From Candidatus Nomurabacteria bacterium (GTDB lineage Bacteria; Patescibacteriota; Minisyncoccia; Phycocordibacterales; UBA5272), in assembly GCA_028286645.1 (NCBI GenBank), contig JAQBRF010000004.1, positions 205,192-269,191 on the forward strand: a stretch of 64,000 nt of DNA, given 5' to 3'. Both the position numbers and the translations under genes were made by a program. Within the stretch, counting starts at the first letter, position 1, and each line of letters starts with the position of its first letter. Below the pieces are notes generated by a model. It did not search any database and was not told where the DNA came from. It saw only the letters and a program-made list of their open reading frames with translations. Shown here piece after piece: positions 47,636-55,688 of this stretch.

Positions 47636-48715
47636 TTATCTGGTAAATCTTATTTGCAAATTAAGCTTCAATAACGTATCTCCTCCTTCCTTATAGATAT
47701 TGCCGAAAATGTGACGAGAAGTGCTTGGAGTGTCAAATTTTGTATTCCTGAAAAGATAGTCCCTAAAATCGTCGGCGTTGTAAACGTGGTAACAAACTAT
47801 TTCCCCGTCTTCCCTAACGACTATATAGCCTCCATGTGCCTTCAGAAGGCCGTCCCATGCTGTGTTCGGGACCATACCGAGAGCAATATTGTGAAGGAAG
47901 CTTTTTGTTTTGAATTCATAGTCCGAGGCATCAAGGTTGAAATGAAGAATCTTGATTTCTCCTTCGCCCAATTTCGTCACAAGATCTGGCAATAGCTTTC
48001 CCTTATCAGAATAGTAAGCCAATAACAGTTCTGCCACTATCTCAGGCAATACAGTGTCCACTTTTCTTAAGTTTCTAGTAAACGTATCTGAGCTCGCTCC
48101 TTTGAAGGTGAATGTGCCTCCAGCCTTAATAATTGCAGTGAGACGATCTCTCAATTTGGACCTACCCTGCAATGTATTTATCGTAGAAATTTGTTCCTCA
48201 TTCAATCCTTCAATTTTGTATATGAAGTTTGTAGCCGATGAAGCATTGAGCAAAGTTGCGGTGGAACCTAACATGGATTTTATACTGAATCCAACTTCTG
48301 GGACCGTACCCGTATGCATATCGTGAATCTTTAGTGTTATATCTTCCTTTCTTGAGTTGCCTGCGTTCAGTCTCTTGGCTTTAAAACGGTCCATGAGTTC
48401 TTCAGCAACAGGAACACCAAATGTCGTTTCCGAGCTTTCCTTTATTGCACCAAACACTTCTGTTATCTTTGATTTAAGATCAGATGCATCAACTAGGGCA
48501 ATTTCCACTCCTGCATCAAGTATTCTTATTTGACTGCCTTCAGAAAACTCATAATCCATTCTTCCCGTTGCTTCCTGTCTCACTATCTTAAGGACGGGGT
48601 AAAAAATATCTTCAATCTTTTGAAGGTTCGCATCAGCACCATTAAGCCTTCTTTCGGAAAGCAACTTAAGAAACGTATAGAATTCACTCCATTCCCCCTT
48701 ATTTCCTTTTATCAT
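47636..48715 (-). CDS. type II restriction endonuclease (HpaII-like gene order)
   Basis: 359-aa gene between the C5-MTase (17-nt overlap) and vsr (2-nt gap). The MTase-REase-Vsr order and lengths match HpaII-type CCGG systems. The REase itself was not checked against any reference; nuclease assignment is by context. Confidence 0.5.
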   Translation of the reverse strand: MIKGNKGEWSEFYTFLKLLSERRLNGADANLQKIEDIFYPVLKIVRQEATGRMDYEFSEGSQIRILDAGVEIALVDASDLKSKITEVFGAIKESSETTFGVPVAEELMDRFKAKRLNAGNSRKEDITLKIHDMHTGTVPEVGFSIKSMLGSTATLLNASSATNFIYKIEGLNEEQISTINTLQGRSKLRDRLTAIIKAGGTFTFKGASSDTFTRNLRKVDTVLPEIVAELLLAYYSDKGKLLPDLVTKLGEGEIKILHFNLDASDYEFKTKSFLHNIALGMVPNTAWDGLLKAHGGYIVVREDGEIVCYHVYNADDFRDYLFRNTKFDTPSTSRHIFGNIYKEGGDTLLKLNLQIRFTR

Positions 48716-49664
48716 ATTTTTTTAAGGTCTTTATCACTTCCTCTCCAACGGCTTGGATTGCGTTTATGGCCACGCTGTTCCCTAATTGCCTCATGGCTTG
48801 TACTTCAGACACTGGGAATTCAAACTCTTCAGGAAAACCCATCATTTTTTTTCCTTCCTTAGGGGTGAGTTTTCTGGTCTTGCCACTCACCAAATAAGTA
48901 TCCCAGTTTCTTCTGTCATTCAACCCAGAACCTCTCCCTCCCAAACGAAGTGTATACCCAATTTCCTTTGAACAGTTACCTCCAAAAATTTCCGACATGT
49001 TGGTTTTTAGTTCAATAGGGTCTGGAAATTTGAAAGGGATATTTTTATCGCGGAAACCCACCATATACAAACGCGGTCTGTGTTGTGGAAGGCCGAAATC
49101 GGAAGCCTTCACTATCTTCCAATAGAAAGAGTACCCGAGATCCTTTTCAATTGTTTCCTTGATTCTCGCAAAGGTTTTGCCATCATCATGCTTAAGGAGA
49201 TGTCTCACGTTTTCAATGAAAAAGGCGGCAGGTTTTTTTTCCTTAATGATTCTTGCTATGTCAAAGAAGAGAGTGCCTCGGGTATCATCAAATCCTTTCT
49301 TGTGGCCCGCTTGGCTAAACGCTTGGCAAGGAAAACCTCCCGTCAGAATATCAAAGTCTGGGATTTCTTTCTCATTTACCTTGGTTATATCGCCAGCGAA
49401 CAAATCGCTCTTGAACAACTGGGGTTCCATCTTTGAAAAGTTGTGGATGTATGTCGTTCTCGCATGCTTATCCCATTCGCTGGCAAAAACACACTTCGCT
49501 CCAAGATGGTGGAAAGCGATATGGAATCCTCCGATTCCAGCAAATAGGTCTATGAATGTATATTTCTTCCTGCTGGACTTCGACTTCATGTATTCTTTTA
49601 ATTCTACCATAGAACTACGGCATAGTTTCACTAAAAAATCATGTTTCCCTCTTGTGTTTTTCAA
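48699..49664 (-). CDS. DNA (cytosine-5)-methyltransferase
   Basis: Motif I FIDLFAGIGGF, motif IV GFPCQAFS, ENV motif (FIENVRHL), C-terminal QLGNSV. Confidence 0.85.
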   Translation of the reverse strand: MKNTRGKHDFLVKLCRSSMVELKEYMKSKSSRKKYTFIDLFAGIGGFHIAFHHLGAKCVFASEWDKHARTTYIHNFSKMEPQLFKSDLFAGDITKVNEKEIPDFDILTGGFPCQAFSQAGHKKGFDDTRGTLFFDIARIIKEKKPAAFFIENVRHLLKHDDGKTFARIKETIEKDLGYSFYWKIVKASDFGLPQHRPRLYMVGFRDKNIPFKFPDPIELKTNMSEIFGGNCSKEIGYTLRLGGRGSGLNDRRNWDTYLVSGKTRKLTPKEGKKMMGFPEEFEFPVSEVQAMRQLGNSVAINAIQAVGEEVIKTLKKYDKRK

Positions 49665-49967
49665 GAGTGTGCTTTATACTTCATAGGTAGATTGAAAACG
49701 CAATACAGAAGCTCGCTTGGTAGGGATACCAAGCATCGCCGAGCGACCGACACCACGAAGTAGCACCGAAATCCTTTAGACGGGCATTCTAGCGGGAACA
49801 ATCAAATGTTCCATGCTGGCAATCCACTAGTTATGGGAACACAGTAGCAATACTGCCGTTCCCGTGAGAGTGTCGGTCTAAGGGATTTTTCTTTTGTCAT
49901 CTAATCTTCAACCATAATTACGAGAAGCTTTCAGATTAGATTTGTGCAGCTAACACCGAATAATAAT

Positions 49968-50006
49968 TGGGTGGTAACTGGACGAATCTAGCAACAGGTT
50001 CGTCCA
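49968..50006 (+). terminator. intrinsic terminator
   Basis: ctggacgaa-tctagcaacagg-ttcgtccag followed by tttttgttt. Confidence 0.55.
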
Positions 50007-50116
50007 GTTTTTGTTTAACCGCCGTTTTCCTACATAAAAGGTGAGCGGTTCAGGGTGCAGAAGTCCTTATGCTGCTGCTGGCAGGACAACCCTCGGGGAA
50101 GATTTGAAACGACATC

Positions 50117-50317
50117 ATGTCTACTCAAAATCCCGTCTGTACATGTGCAGACATCTGCGTAGCTTACGTAACCCGAAATGGTAAACGGCGCTATGCTTCA
50201 ACATATGGTCATAAGTGCTGGCCTATTAAAGATAACCGTTCTTGCGCACTTCATAGCAAGAAAGCAAAAACCCCATCACAAGTTGTGACAGGATCTATGC
50301 TTAATCTAATCGCTTAA
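50117..50317 (+). CDS. small Cys-rich hypothetical protein (GC-rich)
   Basis: 66 aa, C-x-C-x3-C ... C ... C spacing suggests a zinc ribbon. Confidence 0.3.
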   Translation: MSTQNPVCTCADICVAYVTRNGKRRYASTYGHKCWPIKDNRSCALHSKKAKTPSQVVTGSMLNLIA

Positions 50318-50535
50318 GGAGTTTATACCTCCTGTGGCCCTAACATCCCGTAAGGGGTGTTTTGTATTCTAAGTATATCCAGTAGCAAGTCCATCGCAAA
50401 AGGATAACTACGGACCATTACTCTACACTTCTCAAGACGAAAAAGCAACTCTGGTTATGCCAGTTCTGTTTTCCTTGAAAATCCAAGAAAGATACTCCAA
50501 TTCTTTAAGCATTCGGTTTATATTTAAATTACCAG

Positions 50536-50592
50536 GGTCCACTAACAAAAACGAACTCAGGCCATAGGCCTGTTTTTGTTAGTGGACCCGTA
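50536..50592. repeat. long perfect hairpin
   Basis: gggtccactaacaaaaac-gaactc(aggcc ata ggcct)g-tttttgttagtggaccc is an 18-bp stem with a nested mini-hairpin. Confidence 0.6.
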
Positions 50593-50733
50593 AAGCACAA
50601 GAACTGCTTCTTGTGCGGATTCGAAAGCGGCAGGCATATTTCACTAGTAAGTGAAATGACGAGGAGGGGCCGGCGAGTCCGACGAACGGCGGTGAGAAGG
50701 AACTTGTCGGAGAAATTCCGCAGGGATCTACAG

Positions 50734-50761
50734 TTGACAAAATCTTTATTTATGCTAAGAT
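50734..50761 (+). promoter_or_regulatory. sigma70 promoter
   Basis: TTGACA-N16-TAAGAT upstream of the ATG at 50791. Confidence 0.5.
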
Positions 50762-50790
50762 GGGTTTGTCTTATTATTGGAGATCGGACA

Positions 50791-50958
50791 ATGATCAAAA
50801 CCATTTTCACGTTCGCCGTTGCAAACGCCCTCGGCCTGGCAATGATGATCTATTTTGACAAAAAGAAAAAGCGTCCGATGAGAAATCCAGCAATGTACAC
50901 AGTGGTGTATCTCATTGCTACCGCATTGGATGTGTCGATTGTTCACTTCGTTCTTTAA
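50791..50958 (+). CDS. small membrane protein (55 aa)
   Basis: RBS ggag 9 nt upstream; MIKTIFTFAVANALGLAMMIYF...; terminator follows. Confidence 0.4.
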   Translation: MIKTIFTFAVANALGLAMMIYFDKKKKRPMRNPAMYTVVYLIATALDVSIVHFVL

Positions 50959-50963
50959 TGCAT

Positions 50964-51008
50964 CCCGCCGCAAGCAATAGACACGCTTCGGCGGGTTTAT
51001 TGTTTTAG
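50964..51008 (+). terminator. intrinsic terminator
   Basis: cccgccg...cggcggg followed by tttattgtttt. Confidence 0.6.
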
Positions 51009-51083
51009 ATTATTAATTATGATGCCAAATCCATTAATATGAAGATCGCAATCAACACCAAGCAACCTAATCATATTTATCCC

Positions 51084-51392
51084 CTAATTAATCACTCCCG
51101 CTGAAATTTGTTTCACTTTTTTTATTAATCCATTAACATGAGCTAATTCTTCTTCCGCATTCGTCGCACCTTCCAGATCTTCTTTCATACGCCCAAGCTT
51201 TTCTAAAAATAAACCAGTTATCAGCATTTTATGCTGATATGGGGAATTTTTATCCTTCATATCTAACTCAAATCCAACTAACTTACTCTCTAATTCACTA
51301 AGATGTTGCTCATATCTATTTATAAGATCGGGCGGACCTTCATGCTCATTTCTGGCTATAAAGGGATTACCTGAATGATCTTCTAATTTCAT
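51084..51392 (-). CDS. hypothetical protein
   Basis: 102 aa, predicted helical. Confidence 0.35.
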   Translation of the reverse strand: MKLEDHSGNPFIARNEHEGPPDLINRYEQHLSELESKLVGFELDMKDKNSPYQHKMLITGLFLEKLGRMKEDLEGATNAEEELAHVNGLIKKVKQISAGVIN

Positions 51393-51474
51393 AACTTAAG
51401 TATACTACTTTCTCTATAAATAAATTATATGACTTCTCTCAGAGTACTGTTATAATAAAATATCAGAGCATATT

Positions 51475-51861
51475 ATGAATTCATCTCACGCAGTAGCCAT
51501 ACTAATAACAACACCAGATGGCATTCCTTTAGTGCGAGATCCAAAAAAGCCCGAACCTCGTTATTGGAAACTTCCAGGAGGAAGGAGCGAGGGTGAAGAA
51601 ACACCTAGAGAATGTGCTGTACGAGAGATCTACGAAGAACTGGGGCTACAGCTTAATCCAACAGACCTAAAAGTCATCGAACGCCAGGATAAGAGCAATT
51701 ATACTTTAACTTTTTTTAAAATAGAATTACCTCAATTTATAGGTCTAAAAGAAATTGGTAATGAACAGGAAGAAATCAAAGTATTCCATTCTCTTAAAGA
51801 AATCAGTGAGCTGGAAGATTCTTTCCCAAATCACAAAAAAATTATCAACCAGATAGTTTAG
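51475..51861 (+). CDS. NUDIX hydrolase
   Basis: Nudix box LPGGRSEGEETPRECAVREIYEELG. Confidence 0.7.
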   Translation: MNSSHAVAILITTPDGIPLVRDPKKPEPRYWKLPGGRSEGEETPRECAVREIYEELGLQLNPTDLKVIERQDKSNYTLTFFKIELPQFIGLKEIGNEQEEIKVFHSLKEISELEDSFPNHKKIINQIV

Positions 51862-51893
51862 TTAAACAGTCATTGGATTGCAGGTCGGGAAAT

Positions 51894-51926
51894 CAAAAAA
51901 TCCTCCATTCGGAGGATTTTTTGATT
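51894..51926. terminator. bidirectional intrinsic terminator
   Basis: aaaaaatcctcc-attc-ggaggatttttt between convergent genes. Confidence 0.7.
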
Positions 51927-51938
51927 AATAGAGAATTA

Positions 51939-52298
51939 CTATCTATTATCTTTAACTACTGATGGAAGGGCTAGAAGTATTACTCCTAGAACCACGTGTA
52001 GCCAAACATCGGCCTTGTTAGCAAGAATACCAAAGATGTTTCCATCTGCTGAGATAAGACCTACTACCGCAAGTATTAGGTAAATCACACCAAATGTCCT
52101 TAGCCATGTTGCTAGTGAATTTGGAGACGAAGTAGCTGCGAATAAAATAACAATACCGATTATTAAGTGAACTGCATCGTGAATGTGGTCAGTTTGGAAG
52201 AACCCGCTGGCTCCTACAATCCCAAGGCCTCCCACAAAGCCGAGTAGTCCTACTAGGACAAAAACTACACCCAGAATGACTGAAAGAGTTTTTAACAT
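51939..52298 (-). CDS. membrane protein
   Basis: 119 aa, four TM helices. Confidence 0.4.
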   Translation of the reverse strand: MLKTLSVILGVVFVLVGLLGFVGGLGIVGASGFFQTDHIHDAVHLIIGIVILFAATSSPNSLATWLRTFGVIYLILAVVGLISADGNIFGILANKADVWLHVVLGVILLALPSVVKDNR

Positions 52299-52449
52299 AA
52301 TGTTTTATTATTTATTAATTTTTCCGCCTCCTATATAAGCCGATATTTTAATGCCTACATCAGGAAGGAATACCCCTATTATACTATAAAGCAATACAAT
52401 ACAAAGTTGACAAATGGGATAATAAATTACTGGTGTATAATTTAATGAT

Positions 52450-52959
52450 ATGAAAAAAGATGAATATTTGATCAATAAAGGTGTAAATAGATGGATGGTT
52501 TTCTTTACAATTGTGTTTATTATTATTACATCACTTTTTTATTACATCCTTTATACAGAAAACAAGCTCCCGACTAGCATTACAATATGGGACTTCGTGA
52601 TTCTCGCCCTAGCCACATTTCGTCTTGTGCGTTTATTCGTTTATGATGCTATTTTTAAGTTTATACAGGAAAATCTAATGGACGCTATAGAGATAATGGA
52701 TAATGGTGAGCTGTTAATGACTCATACGCTTGCACAATCCTCTCTTAAAAGAACACTTTATAAACTAGCAGTATGCCCATGGTGCATGGGAGTATGGATA
52801 GCGCTTTGCGGAGCGTTCGTCTACTATCTACTTCCTGGATCATACTTCTTATTCGTTGTTCTTGCGATTTCCTCATTTGCTTCTATGCTACAAGTATTTT
52901 CCAATTTAATAGGATGGAGTGCAGAATACAGAAAACTAAAGGCAGAAAAATTCGTGTAA
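52450..52959 (+). CDS. DUF1360-like membrane protein
   Basis: CPWCMGVW motif within a polytopic membrane protein. Confidence 0.45.
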   Translation: MKKDEYLINKGVNRWMVFFTIVFIIITSLFYYILYTENKLPTSITIWDFVILALATFRLVRLFVYDAIFKFIQENLMDAIEIMDNGELLMTHTLAQSSLKRTLYKLAVCPWCMGVWIALCGAFVYYLLPGSYFLFVVLAISSFASMLQVFSNLIGWSAEYRKLKAEKFV

Positions 52960-52965
52960 ATAGAT

Positions 52966-53487
52966 TTAAATATTTAGCCCTTCTTTTTTCTTGGTATGTC
53001 TTGCATGTATCTCGTTTTCAAGTACTTCAATCTCTCTCTTCATATCAGTAATAAGAGTTAGTGTCTTTTGAACGTCACCTTTTTCTAATTCTAGTTCATC
53101 CATGGTCTTATCAATCGTTTTCTTGTCCTTTCTAAGTCCTGACATGATAATTGAATCACCTATGAACATAGAAACAAATAACCCCGTAGCAAGCATTACG
53201 CATACGCCAAGGATAAGTGAGCCCATAGGAGAGAAAATTACCCCCAGCCATCCAACACCCGATTGCTCTAAGATATCTGCCGTGTGCCATATACCGCGCC
53301 AAAAAAGAACAATTCCGGTTCCGCCAATAAATGTATAAACAAAAGGATGAAGAGATAACCTTCCTCTAACGTAATCCTCTAACTTGTCAAAAATATGGTA
53401 CACGCCGCTAATGATTTTCATTTCTATAGTATATAGCAATCCCTCTTTATTTCTTATCCACAAATTTCCAAGCGATACTTTTATCAT
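52966..53487 (-). CDS. membrane protein with C-terminal coiled coil
   Basis: TM helices, then MDELELEKGDVQKTLTLITDMKREIEVLENEI. Confidence 0.35.
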   Translation of the reverse strand: MIKVSLGNLWIRNKEGLLYTIEMKIISGVYHIFDKLEDYVRGRLSLHPFVYTFIGGTGIVLFWRGIWHTADILEQSGVGWLGVIFSPMGSLILGVCVMLATGLFVSMFIGDSIIMSGLRKDKKTIDKTMDELELEKGDVQKTLTLITDMKREIEVLENEIHARHTKKKEGLNI

Positions 53488-55111
53488 ATCCCACTTTTTT
53501 CATCGGATTAAGAATTCCTTTTGGATCAAATATATTTTTCGTTTTTTCGAAGATTCTTATCATCTCAGGTGAGAACATCTTAGGAAGATATGCTGTTCTA
53601 AGCAACCCATCATTGTGCTCTGCCGACATCGAGCCTTTATATTCAAAGACGAGCCCGAATACTTCATCCATTAAATTATGAAGTACTTCAATTATTCCGT
53701 CCTTATGAATATCAATCAAAGGAATAATATGAAAATTCGCATCTCCCATATGGCCTGCTATCGTATAAACTAAATCTTTATCATACTTTGCGAAAATTTT
53801 ATCTAGTCTCGGAAGAAACTCGGGAAGATCTTTCGGGTGAACTATTATATCGTCAATTGTGGGAGCGGTTCTATACCCTTTTAATTTGCTTCTAAGTAAG
53901 TTAAAGCTTTCTCTTCTAAAAGTCCAATATTTCTGTGAATCTTTTTCAGAGTGCGCTCTTTTTAATGGATAATTAAAGGACTTCAGATCTTCATAGGCGT
54001 TTTTGATTTTTGTCTCTACTTCTTCTTCGCTGTCTCCGGTAAACTCTGCCATTAAAATAAGCTTAGGCACGCCGCCTGTTATAAGCATCCAAAATTCTGG
54101 AATAAATTGGAATGCTAAATTAAAGGCAGTTCCTCCCATCCTTTTGGCGATATCCTTAAAAAACTTAAGAGCTATTTTAAATGTATGATCATCATATGAT
54201 TCAAATGTTTCCGGGTTATGTAAAAGCATGCGAGGAATAATTTCTCCAAGCTTCTTCGTTGTGGGCAGAAACATTACAAGCATGCGAGAGTGGCTCTTTG
54301 GCTTAACTCCTGTAATTGTCGCCTCCGATACACACGCCAATGTTCCTTGGCTTCCTACAATGAGCTTTGTCATATCAAATTCTCTAGTTTCCTTATTTAA
54401 AACATTCCATAATAAATATCCAGAAGAATTTTTCGAAACGCTTGGCCGTGCTGTTTCTATCTCATCAATATTTTCTGTAATAAGATTATATACTTCTTTG
54501 TGAATGCGTCCACTTTCTGTTGCTTCTTTCATTTTTACTTGTAGTTCATAGATATTTAATGGACGAATCGTATCTTTTTCTCCATTAGCAAATATAATAT
54601 CCAATGACTTTACATACTTTTCGGTCTTTCCATATACAAGGGTTTTTTCTCCTCCCGAGTTATTAGAAACTATTCCGCCCATCGCAGAAAGCTCGCGCGA
54701 TGCGGGGTAACTAGGCATAATCCAACCCTTCTTTAAAGTTTCTTTTTCAAAATCTCTATAATAAACTCCGGGCTCAACTCTCGCGCTTATCTCATCTACT
54801 GACACAACTTTATTCATATAACGGGTAGCATCTACTACAATTGACTTACAAAGCGAACCTCCTGTCATGCATGTTCCTGCTGCGCGCATGGCAATAGACA
54901 AGTCTATTTTCTTATCCTTTTCTCCAGATACATATGCAAGCAACTTTGAAATATCATCTTTATGTTTAGGATAAACAACTATTTCGGGCTTTATATAAAA
55001 CAAACTTGCATCCCGGGAAACTTTTTCCCGATCTTCATCTAGAACTGATATATCTCCATCGATAAATTCGCTTATATCGTCTAATATCTTCGCGTAGTCA
55101 GCATTTCCCAT
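53447..55111 (-). CDS. FAD-linked oxidoreductase (PCMH-type FAD-binding, GlcD/D-lactate dehydrogenase-like)
   Basis: N-terminal FAD-binding region (...MRAAGTCMTGGS...) and C-terminal oxidase domain; 554 aa. Confidence 0.6.
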   Translation of the reverse strand: MGNADYAKILDDISEFIDGDISVLDEDREKVSRDASLFYIKPEIVVYPKHKDDISKLLAYVSGEKDKKIDLSIAMRAAGTCMTGGSLCKSIVVDATRYMNKVVSVDEISARVEPGVYYRDFEKETLKKGWIMPSYPASRELSAMGGIVSNNSGGEKTLVYGKTEKYVKSLDIIFANGEKDTIRPLNIYELQVKMKEATESGRIHKEVYNLITENIDEIETARPSVSKNSSGYLLWNVLNKETREFDMTKLIVGSQGTLACVSEATITGVKPKSHSRMLVMFLPTTKKLGEIIPRMLLHNPETFESYDDHTFKIALKFFKDIAKRMGGTAFNLAFQFIPEFWMLITGGVPKLILMAEFTGDSEEEVETKIKNAYEDLKSFNYPLKRAHSEKDSQKYWTFRRESFNLLRSKLKGYRTAPTIDDIIVHPKDLPEFLPRLDKIFAKYDKDLVYTIAGHMGDANFHIIPLIDIHKDGIIEVLHNLMDEVFGLVFEYKGSMSAEHNDGLLRTAYLPKMFSPEMIRIFEKTKNIFDPKGILNPMKKVGYDKSIAWKFVDKK

Positions 55112-55136
55112 GAAATAGATTAACTTTATAATCTTC

Positions 55137-55688
55137 TTATACTTTTACAATTTTCAATCCAATAGCGCTTATAACCACCATTGCAATCCATGCTGCGATT
55201 GCCAATTCTAATGCTTCTCTATTTCTTGCTTCTACTTCTCTCATAGATCGAGCCACGAGAACATAGCCGTTAGTATCACCATTTTGGTAACTTTTTATAA
55301 CAGCAGCGAATCTGTTAGTTTCGTTCGGCTGCCAGGTAAGCCTGTTTTCTCCGCTTGCTTTTGCTACATCAAATACTCCAGCCGGAGGAGTGGGAATTTG
55401 TCCTCCGATCTGCGCTGATGAAGCAACGGCTGTTCCGTTGGCGTCATAAATTATAACAAATGGTGCAAGAGTCTTCGAAACATCTACCTGAGTAGGTCCA
55501 GTGATTGCTTGAGGTGCGATATTTTGTCCGAGCGCGCTTACAATATCTTCGCTAATCTGAACTTGCGGATCATTAGCATTGGCTCTTGCCATATGCTGGA
55601 TTTCAGCGTATCCAAATAAAACTAATAACAGTGAAACAGCCGAAATTACTAATAAAGCTTTTTTATAATGTGTTAAATGTATTGCCAT
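55137..55688 (-). CDS. secreted/anchored hypothetical protein
   Basis: N-terminal signal anchor; C-terminal second hydrophobic helix. Confidence 0.35.
   Translation of the reverse strand: MAIHLTHYKKALLVISAVSLLLVLFGYAEIQHMARANANDPQVQISEDIVSALGQNIAPQAITGPTQVDVSKTLAPFVIIYDANGTAVASSAQIGGQIPTPPAGVFDVAKASGENRLTWQPNETNRFAAVIKSYQNGDTNGYVLVARSMREVEARNREALELAIAAWIAMVVISAIGLKIVKV

Larger units (their letters stand above)
43815..50600. mobile_element. putative tRNA-Ala-associated integrative island carrying R-M/Vsr cargo
   Basis: The serine recombinase runs into the tRNA. An HTH gene, an R-M system and GC-rich non-coding structures follow. Host-like AT-rich genes resume after about 50600. Distal boundary uncertain. 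Confidence 0.4.

Noticed and set aside
50529-50958. 93-aa minus ORF and 115-aa + ORF spanning 50529-50958
   Set aside because: Both run through the large hairpin and promoter sequence. A clean TTGACA-N16-TAAGAT promoter, RBS and ATG at 50791 define a shorter 55-aa membrane protein that ends at a terminator.
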